10,140 nucleotides of DNA from Candidatus Methylomirabilia bacterium (GCA_041497895.1 JBGQHJ010000165.1:1-10140), one strand, 5' to 3'. Counted from the stretch's first letter, positions 1 to 7,860 are shown. Notes: generated from the letters alone by a model not told the origin. Translations and numbers: made by a program.

Positions 1-186
1 CGCACGCTCCTGGTGGCCGGCACCCGCGATACCTACTGCCCGGTCGACGCGCTGGAGCGGCTCGCCGAGGCCACCGGGGCGGAGGCGCGGATCATCGAGG
101 GCGCGGACCACTTCTTCTTCGGCAAGCTCTACCCGCTCGGCGAGGCCATCGGGGCGTGGGTGGCGGGAGCGCCGCCCGCCCGGTGA
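1..186 (+). CDS. Alpha/beta-fold hydrolase, C-terminal fragment (COG2945-like), 5' end outside the window
   Basis: Manual translation of frame +1: RTLLVAGTRDTYCPVDALERLAEATGAEARIIEGADHFFFGKLYPLGEAIGAWVAGAPPAR*, TGA at 184-186. LLVAGxxD..P (catalytic Asp) and I.GADHFF (catalytic His) are typical alpha/beta hydrolase C-terminal motifs. Not in the supplied ORF track. Confidence 0.85.
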   Translation, partial: RTLLVAGTRDTYCPVDALERLAEATGAEARIIEGADHFFFGKLYPLGEAIGAWVAGAPPAR

Positions 187-798
187 TCAGAGCCGCTCGC
201 GCGGGAGCCGTGGGGGGGTGGCGGTCCCGGCCGAGAGGATGATGCGGATACCCTCCTCGACGGTGAGGCCGGTGGGCAGCATCTCGTCCTTGGACACCAC
301 GATCACGTCGCCCAGGTACAGGTTGTTGGTGGGCACGAACACGGTGACCATGGCCCGCTTGCCCTCGAGCCCCTCGACGAGGACCTCGGAGGTGACGAAG
401 CCGAAGACGTACTCGCCCTTGCGGGGATGCTCGGCGAGGACCACCGACTTGAAGGAGTTGAGCTTCTGGGGCGAGAACGACTCCAGGAGCTGCTTCACGG
501 ATGGATAGATGCTCCGGAAGATCGGCACGTGGTCGAAGAGCATCTCGATGCGGGCCAGCACCCGCCGCCCGACCACGTTGCGGGCGATGGTGCCCATGAT
601 GAAGATGATGACGACCGCGGTCAGGAAGCCCAGGCCGGGAATGCGCCGGCCGATCATCTGCGTGTACACCGGGGAGAAGAAATCGTCGATGGCGTTCCAG
701 AACACCCACAGCAGCCAGGCGGTGGCGATCGCGGGAACGGTCGAGAACAGCCCGGTGATGAAGCGCGTCTTGACCCAGTTGCGGAAACTGCCCGACAT
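187..798 (-). CDS. DUF502 family membrane protein (COG2928), about 203 aa
   Basis: C-terminal part of the 187..2205 ORF, from ATG at 798: MSGSFRNWVKTRFITGLFSTVP... It has two hydrophobic helices followed by the DUF502-type motifs P.FRSIY..VKQ, F..VVL.EHPR.G.Y..GFVT, VFVPT..N...G and LTVEEGIRIILSAG. Confidence 0.88.
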   Translation of the reverse strand: MSGSFRNWVKTRFITGLFSTVPAIATAWLLWVFWNAIDDFFSPVYTQMIGRRIPGLGFLTAVVIIFIMGTIARNVVGRRVLARIEMLFDHVPIFRSIYPSVKQLLESFSPQKLNSFKSVVLAEHPRKGEYVFGFVTSEVLVEGLEGKRAMVTVFVPTNNLYLGDVIVVSKDEMLPTGLTVEEGIRIILSAGTATPPRLPRERL

Positions 799-836
799 GT
801 TGGATCGATGACACCACACGGCTCCGGACAAGTCAA
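770..836. promoter_or_regulatory. Possible overlapping divergent promoters for DUF502 and the SDR
   Basis: TTGACC on + at 770-775 and TTGACT on - at 836-831. The latter is followed after 17 nt by TGTCAT (813-808), preceded by TG-G. The -10 matches are weak. Confidence 0.3.
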
Positions 837-1566
837 GGAACTGACCGGTCGGGTCGCGCTCGTCACCGGCGGGGCGGTGCGCGTCGGACTCGAGATCGCG
901 CGCGCGCTCGCCGACGCGGGCGCCGACGTGGCGATCGGCTACCTGCGCTCCGCGACGGCGGCGCGCGCGGCGGTACGCGACCTCGAGGCCCGCGGCGTGC
1001 GCGCGGTGGCGCTGCGCGCCGACGTGGGCCGGCCCCGCGAGGCCCGCGCCCTCGTGGCCGCCGTGGTGAAGCGGCTCGGTCGCCTCGACGTCCTGGTCAA
1101 CAACGCGGCGCTCTTCTTCCGCACCCCGGTGGAGACGACCACGCCGGCCCAGTTCGATCGCCTGCTCGCGGTGAACCTGCGCGCCCCGTTCTTCTGCAGC
1201 CAGGCCGCCGCGCGCGCCATGGGGCGGCGCGGCGGGCGCATCATCAACATCGCGGACGTGGGCGCGGTGCGGGCCTGGCCCGGCTACGTGCCCTACGGAA
1301 TCTCCAAGGCCGGGGTCGTGATGCTCACGCGCGGACTCGCGGCCGCGCTGGCCCCGCGGGTCCAGGTCAACGCGGTCGCGCCCGGGGTGGTCCTGCTGCC
1401 GGAGGGCTTCCCGCGGGAGCGCGGGCGGCGCCTCGCCGCGCGGATCCCGATGGGCCGCCACGGCCGTCCCGCCGACGTGGCGGAGGCGGTGCGATTCTTC
1501 GCCACGTGCTCCGACTACGTGACCGGGCAGGTCCTCTTCGTCGACGGCGGGATGTCGCTGCTCTGA
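808..1566 (+). CDS. Short-chain dehydrogenase/reductase, pteridine reductase (FolM/PTR1-like) subfamily, about 252 aa
   Basis: From ATG 808. Shows the TGGAVRVG cofactor motif with the Arg typical of pteridine reductases, plus LVNNAA, VNLRAPFF, IINIAD (Asp in place of the usual catalytic Ser), YGISK (YxxxK), VNAVAPG and VTGQ.LFVDGG. Confidence 0.88.
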   Translation: MTPHGSGQVKELTGRVALVTGGAVRVGLEIARALADAGADVAIGYLRSATAARAAVRDLEARGVRAVALRADVGRPREARALVAAVVKRLGRLDVLVNNAALFFRTPVETTTPAQFDRLLAVNLRAPFFCSQAAARAMGRRGGRIINIADVGAVRAWPGYVPYGISKAGVVMLTRGLAAALAPRVQVNAVAPGVVLLPEGFPRERGRRLAARIPMGRHGRPADVAEAVRFFATCSDYVTGQVLFVDGGMSLL

Positions 1567-1573
1567 GCCCCCG

Positions 1574-1592
1574 CGCCTGGTTGTTCCAGGTG
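1574..1592. terminator. Small hairpin between the convergent SDR and MBL genes
   Basis: CGCCTGG-TTGTT-CCAGGTG forms a 7-bp stem with one G.U pair in a 41-bp convergent gap. There is no U-tract on either side, so terminator function is doubtful. Confidence 0.2.
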
Positions 1593-1607
1593 GACGAGGC
1601 GGCGGCG

Positions 1608-2291
1608 CTACGTGCGGCCGCGGCGGCCGCCGCCCATCGCGGCGAGGAAGTCGCTCATGGACGCGAAGCGCATCATCGGATTCCCGCGCTTCTCGGCGCC
1701 GATGGTGGTCTGCGATCCCCCGTAGTTGTGGCCGGGCAGCACCACCGTGTCGTCGGGGAGCGCGCCGAGCCGCTGGGTGAGCGAGGTGTACATCTCCTCC
1801 GGGTCGCTGCCGGGCAGGTCGGTGCGCCCACAGGAGCGGATGAAGAGCGTATCGCCGGAGATCAGGCAGCCGTCCACCAGGAAGCACTGCGAGCCGGGGG
1901 TGTGCCCCGGCGTGTGGATGAAGGTCAGCGGCACCGCGCCCACCTGCAGCGTGTCGCCCGCCTCCACCTTCACGAGATCCGAGCCGAAGCCCTTCAGGAA
2001 CTCGCGCTCCGCGCGGTGCACGTAGACCTTCGCGGGGTGCTTGGCGAGCAGCTCGGCGACGCCGGGAATGTCGTGACCGAAGAGGTGGCCGCCCACGTGA
2101 TCCTGGTGGGTGTGGGTGATCAGCACGCCGGTGAGCCGCAGGTCGTCGGCGGCCACGAGATCCGCGATGCCGTCGATCTCCCACGCCGGGTCGACCACCA
2201 CGCACTCCCGGCTCGCCTGGTCGCCGATGAGATACACGAAGTTCTGCATCGGGCCCAGCTCGACCTGCTTGAGGTAGAGGCCCGCCGGCAT
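1608..2291 (-). CDS. Metallo-beta-lactamase-fold hydrolase (glyoxalase II / hydroxyacylglutathione hydrolase-like), about 227 aa
   Basis: Start set at ATG 2291 (MPAGLYLKQVELGPMQNFVYLIGD), which overlaps the upstream stop as TGATG. Motifs are THTHQDH (HxHxDH), HTPGHTPGS, SGDTLF, GRTDLPG and LPGHNY. Confidence 0.9.
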   Translation of the reverse strand: MPAGLYLKQVELGPMQNFVYLIGDQASRECVVVDPAWEIDGIADLVAADDLRLTGVLITHTHQDHVGGHLFGHDIPGVAELLAKHPAKVYVHRAEREFLKGFGSDLVKVEAGDTLQVGAVPLTFIHTPGHTPGSQCFLVDGCLISGDTLFIRSCGRTDLPGSDPEEMYTSLTQRLGALPDDTVVLPGHNYGGSQTTIGAEKRGNPMMRFASMSDFLAAMGGGRRGRT

Positions 2292-2671
2292 CAGTTCCCG
2301 GACACCCACACCGGCTGGTAGTACCCGCTGGTCACCGTCTGCGGCAGATAACCGCCCGCGACCATGGCTCCGTCCTCGTTGACGTAGCCGGGCACCCAGA
2401 CGTACGTCGTGTACGCGGTCGGCACCCACTGATACGCCCAGTAGCCCGACGGCGGGTAGACGACGACCGGCGGGGGCTGGTAGTGGCCGGGCGGCGGACC
2501 GACCGGCGTCGGGGCCGCGGGACGGGGGCCGAGCGGGACCGGCGGGGGCGTCATGGCGAACGGGTTGGGCGTGAAGACGGTCGGCTTCAGCACCTCGCCC
2601 GCCACGGCTGGACCCGGCAAAAAGCCCAGCGCTCCGATGACCAACCCGATGGCGACCGTCAGTGCCCTCAT
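2291..2671 (-). CDS. Small secreted Pro-rich protein with Tyr/Trp-rich WVPG-type (YXWGXW-like) repeats, about 126 aa
   Basis: ATG 2671 is preceded by GGAGAAGGC (SD). N-terminus MRALTVAIGLVIGALGFLPGPAVA-G looks like a Sec signal peptide with an AxA site. A poly-Pro segment follows, then GYWAYQWVP, YVWVPGY and GYYQPVWVS. Its stop overlaps the MBL start. Confidence 0.75.
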   Translation of the reverse strand: MRALTVAIGLVIGALGFLPGPAVAGEVLKPTVFTPNPFAMTPPPVPLGPRPAAPTPVGPPPGHYQPPPVVVYPPSGYWAYQWVPTAYTTYVWVPGYVNEDGAMVAGGYLPQTVTSGYYQPVWVSGN

Positions 2672-2711
2672 GCCTTCTCCGACGCCGGCGGGGAGCCCCC
2701 TATTCGCCCCG

Positions 2712-4487
2712 TCAGGCCGGGATGTCGGCACGCGCTTTCCTCAGATCTTCCAGGTCCTTGGAAGACACCGCGAAGATCCCCGGCTCGGCCTTGAGCTTGA
2801 CGTAGGTCACGGCGCCGTCGCTCCGCCCCACGAGCAGGGTACCGAGCTCGCTCCCGTCCCCCTTGAACACCGTCACCTCGAGCTCGGGCTTGTCCAGGCC
2901 GAACTTGGCGTCGTCCCCGCCCTTCGAGGCGATCTCCTTCCACTTGAGCGCCTTGAGCGCCAGCAACACGTTCGCGACCCGGCCGTCCTTGGTCGCGCCG
3001 CGCGCGGGCTCGACCTGCTTCCACTCCGTCTCGCCGGTCTTCTCCACGACCAGCGGCTTGTCGCCGCCGGTCACCCGCGCGCGCTTGACGTCCCCCAGGT
3101 CGAAGGACGGAAACACGGTCCGGTCGCGCAGCTCGGCGACGCCGGGCGTCAGCTCCGAGAGCGCCTTGCCCTCCACCAGGACGACCGGCCCCTCGCCCTG
3201 CACCGCGGCCAATGCCGCGGGCTGGCCGCCCCGACGCTCGGGGGAGGACTGGAGCAGCAGCGTCTTGGGCTCCTTCGCGTCGCCCTCCCAGAGCCGCACC
3301 GTGACCTCCGGCTTGGAGAGGAAGCGCGGCACCTCCGCCGCGCCCTCCGCGAGGAACCCGAGCGCGCGCAGATCCCGGATCTTCCACAGGAGCTGGGTGA
3401 CCGCGCCGCTGTCGGCGCGAAGGGCTTCCGGCGCGGTGAGCTTCCAGCCGGCACCCGCCTTCTCTAGGCCGATGCTCTCGCGGCCGTGGGTGATCTCGAC
3501 CTTGGCGAGCTTGTCGTACGCGTAGCTCACCACCGTCTTGTCGCGGAGCGCGGCCACCGTCTTGGGGAAGGCCGTCCACACCACCTCCGCGGTCATGATG
3601 ACCCCGGGCTCGCCCTCGCGCTTGACGTAGACGCCCTTCTTCTCCGGCACCGGGCGGCCCACCAGCAGGGTGCGCGCCGCGCGGTCCTTGTCGCGGCCGA
3701 CCCACACCGTCACCCGCGCGGGCTTGTCGAGACCGTAGGGCACGAGCGACTTCGGCGCGTCGTCGACGAACTCGATGGCCTTGGCCCCCTCGAGCTTGTC
3801 GAGGAACTCGGAGACCAGGTCGGTGTCCGCGCGCAGCGCGCGCGGCTTCACGATCCGCCACTTGCCCGGCTCGTCGGCGGCGAGCCCGATCTGGTCGCCG
3901 CTGACGTCGAGGTCGACGCCGGTGACGTTCTTCCGGTCGAAGGCGATCACGGTGCGGTCGCGGAAATCGGCGACCGGGCGGCTCGCGTCGCGCGCGATGC
4001 TCTCCGAGAGCGTGATGACCGCGGGCTTGCCGCCCTCGCGGGCGTAGACCCAGACCCCGGTCGGGTTCTTGCTGCCCACCCGGAGCACGAGCGGCTCGGC
4101 GCGCCCCTTGACCTCGAGCTTGACCTCGGCTTCCGGGGGATCGAGGCCGAAGTCCGCCGGCTTCGCCGGATTGGGGTCGATCTCCCGGTCCATGCGCGCG
4201 GTGGCGAGGCCGGTGACCATGTCGTCGACCACCGCGCGGTCACCGCGCGTCTTGACCGGCTCGAGCATGTCCCAGCCGCCGTCGGCCGCGCGCTTGAGGC
4301 GCACGGTCTCGCCCTTGCGGGCGACGGTGACCGCCTCGACGTCCTTGGGCTCGACGGTCCAGATCCGGCCCTTGGCCGACTCCACCTTCTCGCGGCGGGG
4401 CGCGAGGGAGTAGGTGTCGTAGTAGAAGAAGCCCCCGAGCCCGGCGGCCAGGATCAGCAGGACGAGGATCGTCCGCCCGCTCGGCAT
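2712..4487 (-). CDS. Membrane-anchored DUF4340-like protein with four tandem ~139-aa repeats, 591 aa
   Basis: N-terminal hydrophobic anchor (TILVLLILAAGLGGFFYY). Recurring W....P...AD, (F/Y)GLDxP, L.VG and (F/L)RD(R/K)TV motifs. Lies directly downstream of a GldG-like gene, the usual context for DUF4340. Confidence 0.85.
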   Translation of the reverse strand: MPSGRTILVLLILAAGLGGFFYYDTYSLAPRREKVESAKGRIWTVEPKDVEAVTVARKGETVRLKRAADGGWDMLEPVKTRGDRAVVDDMVTGLATARMDREIDPNPAKPADFGLDPPEAEVKLEVKGRAEPLVLRVGSKNPTGVWVYAREGGKPAVITLSESIARDASRPVADFRDRTVIAFDRKNVTGVDLDVSGDQIGLAADEPGKWRIVKPRALRADTDLVSEFLDKLEGAKAIEFVDDAPKSLVPYGLDKPARVTVWVGRDKDRAARTLLVGRPVPEKKGVYVKREGEPGVIMTAEVVWTAFPKTVAALRDKTVVSYAYDKLAKVEITHGRESIGLEKAGAGWKLTAPEALRADSGAVTQLLWKIRDLRALGFLAEGAAEVPRFLSKPEVTVRLWEGDAKEPKTLLLQSSPERRGGQPAALAAVQGEGPVVLVEGKALSELTPGVAELRDRTVFPSFDLGDVKRARVTGGDKPLVVEKTGETEWKQVEPARGATKDGRVANVLLALKALKWKEIASKGGDDAKFGLDKPELEVTVFKGDGSELGTLLVGRSDGAVTYVKLKAEPGIFAVSSKDLEDLRKARADIPA

Positions 4488-4490
4488 ACG

Positions 4491-6074
4491 CTAGCGCGCG
4501 CGGCGGCGCTGGACGATCACCACGATCCCGCAGATCAGCACCGCGCCCGGGAGCGCCAGGAGCGGCAGGGCCAGCACGAGGCTGGACTGCGCGGAGGTCA
4601 GCACGACCGGGTTCTGCTTGGGATCCTTGGCCCGGATGGAGATCAGGTCCTCCTCCTCCGCGAGCCAGGAGACCACGTTCAGGAAGAAGTCCCGGTTCCC
4701 CTGGGCGCCCAGGAACTGGTTCGACGCGAAGTCGGCGGTGCCCACCACCACGATGCGCGCCTTCGCGGCCTTCTTGGGCGCGTCGGCGGCGCCCTCGGCC
4801 TTGAGGGGCGGCTCCGCGTCCACCGTCGCCACGACCGCCACCGGCAGCGGGCCGGTCTTCTCGCCGGGATCCGGGGTGGCCTTGCCGGTCTGGAAGACGT
4901 TCTTGTCCGTCTCCCCCCACGACTGGCGGCTCGTCTGGGCGAGCGGTGAGGCCTGGACGCCCTTGGGGAGCGCCTTGGACGGCTCGACGGAGCGGGTCAG
5001 CGGGAACAGGGTCATGACCCCGCCCATGTCCTTGGTGATCGGATGCGGATCGTACTGGCCCACCACCGGGACGAGCGGGCCCACTCCGAAGACCTGGCCG
5101 ATCGGGTTCAGCTCGATGACCACGTCGTCGTCCACCGTGACGCCGTACTTGGTCAGGTACTTCATGGTCGCGGTGGCCTGGAAGGGCACCGCCATGAAGA
5201 AGACCTTGCCCGCCCGCGCCACGTAGGCGTCGATCGCGGCCAGCTCCTGCGGGAAGAGATCGGTCTTCGGGCCCGGAACCACCACGATGCCGGCGTCGTC
5301 GGGGATCTTGGGGTCGCGGGCCAGGAACAGCTCCTTGACCTCGTAGTTGGCCTTCTCCATCTGCTCCTTGGCCTGGCTGAAGCCGCCCCGGTCGGTGGCC
5401 CCGATCTCCCGCTCGCCGTGCCCCTTGACCATGTAGACCACCCGCTTGCCCGCCCGGGTGACCTTGACGATCCCGTTGGTCAGCTTCTCCTCGTCGGCGT
5501 CGAGCACCTTCTCGGTCCGCACCTGGCCGGCGGGGCCGCCTTCCAGCACCACGGTGCCGTAGCTCTCGACCCCGTACTGGCGCGCGAGAGCGGGCGCCTT
5601 GTCGGTGTCCTCGAGGCGCCACTCGAACTTGCCGCCCGAGTACGTCTTGTACTGGGCGAGCAGGTCCTCCGCCGTCTTCTTGCCGGGAGTGTCCGAGCGG
5701 TAGAAGGCGATGGCGCTCACCGGCGACTTGAGGGTACGCAGCACCTGGATGGTCTGGGGCGAGACACTGTTGCGCTTGTTCTCGGTGAGATCCCAGCGGG
5801 CGCTGTGCCGGACCGAGATCGCGTTGGCCGCGACCACGATCCCGAGCGCGAGCAGGACCATGATCGCGGCGCCGGTCCCGTAGCGCGCGGTGCGAGTGCC
5901 CATGGCGGTGCGGGCCTCGCGCGCGTTCAGGACCAGCGAGAGCAGCAGCAGGACCACGCCCAGCCCGAGGAAGACCCACTGCGCGGGCAGCGGGTAGAAG
6001 AACCGGAGCGCGGCGGCGATCAACAGGCAGATCACCGCGCCGGTGACCGCCTGGCGCTTGAGCAGGCTCGTCAC
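4491..6074 (-). CDS. GldG-like ABC transporter auxiliary component (ABC_transp_aux / GIFT domain), 527 aa
   Basis: GTG start with a GGAGGGG SD. Three N-terminal hydrophobic helices, then RWDLTENKRNSVSPQT, KGHGER, VVVPGPKTDL, RIVVVG..DF.SN and GNRDFFLNVVSWL, ending in a C-terminal TM helix followed by RRRAR. Confidence 0.87.
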   Translation of the reverse strand: MTSLLKRQAVTGAVICLLIAAALRFFYPLPAQWVFLGLGVVLLLLSLVLNAREARTAMGTRTARYGTGAAIMVLLALGIVVAANAISVRHSARWDLTENKRNSVSPQTIQVLRTLKSPVSAIAFYRSDTPGKKTAEDLLAQYKTYSGGKFEWRLEDTDKAPALARQYGVESYGTVVLEGGPAGQVRTEKVLDADEEKLTNGIVKVTRAGKRVVYMVKGHGEREIGATDRGGFSQAKEQMEKANYEVKELFLARDPKIPDDAGIVVVPGPKTDLFPQELAAIDAYVARAGKVFFMAVPFQATATMKYLTKYGVTVDDDVVIELNPIGQVFGVGPLVPVVGQYDPHPITKDMGGVMTLFPLTRSVEPSKALPKGVQASPLAQTSRQSWGETDKNVFQTGKATPDPGEKTGPLPVAVVATVDAEPPLKAEGAADAPKKAAKARIVVVGTADFASNQFLGAQGNRDFFLNVVSWLAEEEDLISIRAKDPKQNPVVLTSAQSSLVLALPLLALPGAVLICGIVVIVQRRRAR

Positions 6075-6075
6075 G

Positions 6076-6843
6076 CTATCCCCTCCACCGCTTCGAGTCG
6101 AGCGACCGGAGCGTCAGGAACAGCGCGAGCGCGACGCCGGTCAGGTAGTAGACGAGGTCCTTGGTGTCGATCAGCCCACGCGTGAAGCCGTCGAGGTGAT
6201 CGCCGATCGAGAGGTACTGGAGCACCCCGCGCAGGTTGCCCCCCGCGAACTCGGCTCCCCACCCCACGATCCAGAACGCGAGCAGGATCCCGAAGGTGCC
6301 GAACCCGGCCACGATCTGGTTCTCGGTCATGGACGACACGAGCACGCCCACCGCCAGGAACACCGCACCGGTCAGGACGAGCCCCAGGTAGCCGCTCAGG
6401 ATCGGTCCCCACTCCACGCGGGTGAAGTAGGCGACGAGCGCCGGGTAGAGCAGGGTCAGGACGAGCAGCAGCACGTAGAGGGCCAGCGCGGCCAGGTACT
6501 TGCCGGCCAGCACCTCGCCGTCACGCACCGGGTAGGTGAGCAGCAGCTCGAAGGTCCCCGACTTCCGCTCTTCCGCGAAGAGGCGCATCGTGATCATCGG
6601 CATGAAGAACAGCAGCACCACGCTCATGTTGGTGAAGAGCGGGCGCATCACGTTCTCGATCACGTTGAGGTTCTGGCCGAACTGCGGCTGCATGAACGAG
6701 CGCATCGACGCGTCGCTGTAGAAGAGGAAGATCTGGCTGAAGAACCAGCCCGAGATGAGCAGGAAAAAGGTGAAGACCACGTAGGCCACCGGCGAGCCGA
6801 AGTACAGCCGCATCTCCTTCTTGAACACGGGCAGCCAGCGCAT
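6076..6843 (-). CDS. ABC-2 type permease, GldF-like, about 255 aa
   Basis: True start is ATG 6843 (TGATG overlap with the ATPase stop, SD GGAGGAGG). Motifs are KKEMRLYFGSPVAY, P.ITMRLFAEERKSGTFELLLTYP, V.AGKY, SS.TENQIVA and F.RGLIDTKDLVYY, with about six TM helices. Confidence 0.9.
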   Translation of the reverse strand: MRWLPVFKKEMRLYFGSPVAYVVFTFFLLISGWFFSQIFLFYSDASMRSFMQPQFGQNLNVIENVMRPLFTNMSVVLLFFMPMITMRLFAEERKSGTFELLLTYPVRDGEVLAGKYLAALALYVLLLVLTLLYPALVAYFTRVEWGPILSGYLGLVLTGAVFLAVGVLVSSMTENQIVAGFGTFGILLAFWIVGWGAEFAGGNLRGVLQYLSIGDHLDGFTRGLIDTKDLVYYLTGVALALFLTLRSLDSKRWRG

Positions 6844-7817
6844 CAGCGCGCCTCCTCCTCGAGCACGACCGCGTCGGGCGCGGCCTGCTCGCCCGCCACC
6901 ACCCGGATGAAGACCTCCTCGAGGCTCATCCCCACCTGGTGCAGCTCCTGGAGCTCCCAGCCCCGGCCGGTGACCAGGCGGACGAGCTCGCCCCGCACGT
7001 CCCGGCCGTGCTCCGACTCGACCACGAAGCCCGCCGCGCCGTCGCGCGAGGCCAGTGGCTCCACCGCCACCACCCCGGGCACCGCCCGCAGCGCCTCCGC
7101 CACGTCGCCCGACGCTCTCGCGACCCGCACCTCGACCCGGGCGGTCGGGAAGACCTGCTGGACCAGCTCCGACTCGGTGCCCTGGGCGACGATGCGCCCG
7201 TGGTTGATGATGATGATGCCGTCGCACACCATCGACACCTCGGGCAGGATGTGCGTCGAGAGGATCACGGTGTGCTGGCCGGCCAGCGATCGGATCAGCG
7301 CCCGGATCTCCGCGATCTGCCGCGGGTCGAGCCCGATGGTGGGCTCGTCGAGGATCAGCACCTCCGGATCGCCCAGGAGGGCCTGGGCCAGCCCCACCCG
7401 CTGCCGGTAGCCCTTGGAGAGCTTGCCGATCAGCCGGTTCTGCATGTCGGTGACGAAGCAGCGCTCCATCACGTCGGCCACCCGGCTCCGGCGTTCCCCG
7501 CGCCCCATCCCCTTGATCTCGGCCACGAAGTCCAGGTAGGAAGCGACCGAGAGATCGGGATAGAGCGGCGCGTTCTCCGGGAGGTAGCCGATGCGCCGGC
7601 GGACCTCGAGAGACTGCGAGAACACGTCGTAGCCGGCCACCCGGGCGGTACCACCGGTGGCGGGCATGAAGCACGACAGGATCTTCATGGTCGTGGACTT
7701 CCCCGCCCCGTTGGGCCCGAGAAAGCCCACGATGCGGCCCTTGTCCACGCGGAACGACACGTCGTGGATGGCGGTGACCGGCCCGTACCGCTTCGTCAGA
7801 TTGTCGACCTGGATCAT
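6843..7817 (-). CDS. ABC transporter ATP-binding protein, GldA-like, 324 aa
   Basis: Walker A GPNGAGKST, signature LSKGYRQRVGLAQAL, Walker B ILDEPT, H-loop LSTH and a C-terminal SLEEVF motif. Confidence 0.95.
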   Translation of the reverse strand: MIQVDNLTKRYGPVTAIHDVSFRVDKGRIVGFLGPNGAGKSTTMKILSCFMPATGGTARVAGYDVFSQSLEVRRRIGYLPENAPLYPDLSVASYLDFVAEIKGMGRGERRSRVADVMERCFVTDMQNRLIGKLSKGYRQRVGLAQALLGDPEVLILDEPTIGLDPRQIAEIRALIRSLAGQHTVILSTHILPEVSMVCDGIIIINHGRIVAQGTESELVQQVFPTARVEVRVARASGDVAEALRAVPGVVAVEPLASRDGAAGFVVESEHGRDVRGELVRLVTGRGWELQELHQVGMSLEEVFIRVVAGEQAAPDAVVLEEEAR

Positions 7818-7851
7818 GGTTGTGGCTCGGTTTCCCCCCGCGCCGCCCGGA

Positions 7852-7860
7852 AGTATATCA
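7852..7860 (-). promoter_or_regulatory. Putative extended -10 promoter for the ABC operon
   Basis: Minus strand reads TG-A-TATACT (TGn plus 5/6 match to TATAAT). It is the AT-rich patch of the 48-bp fhs-ATPase gap, 34 nt upstream of the ATG. No good -35 element. Confidence 0.6.

Noticed and set aside
799..2205. N-terminal ~470 aa of the 672-aa ORF, an apparent large DUF502 fusion
   Set aside because: Arg/Pro/Gly/His-rich off-frame translation overlapping the SDR and MBL genes. Only 187..798 resembles a real protein.
1608..2291. MBL-fold gene as an antibiotic-resistance beta-lactamase or defence nuclease
   Set aside because: No signal peptide, and the motifs (SGDTLF, GRTDLPG, PGH) fit housekeeping glyoxalase II-like hydrolases.
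2697..2706. 10-bp sequence CCCCTATTCG repeated at 9995-10004, a possible target-site duplication
   Set aside because: The second copy is the SBP's last codons and stop. No integrase, transposase or compositional shift is visible, so a chance match is likely.
2668..5979. Same-strand alternate-frame ORFs 2668..3861 and 4240..5979
   Set aside because: Low-complexity Arg/Gly-rich translations nested in the DUF4340-like and GldG-like genes, typical of GC3 bias.
6844..7674. N-terminal extension of the 532-aa permease ORF, suggesting a frameshifted ATPase-permease fusion
   Set aside because: It is an alternate frame of the ATPase. The permease has its own SD and ATG at 6843, and no slippery site is evident.
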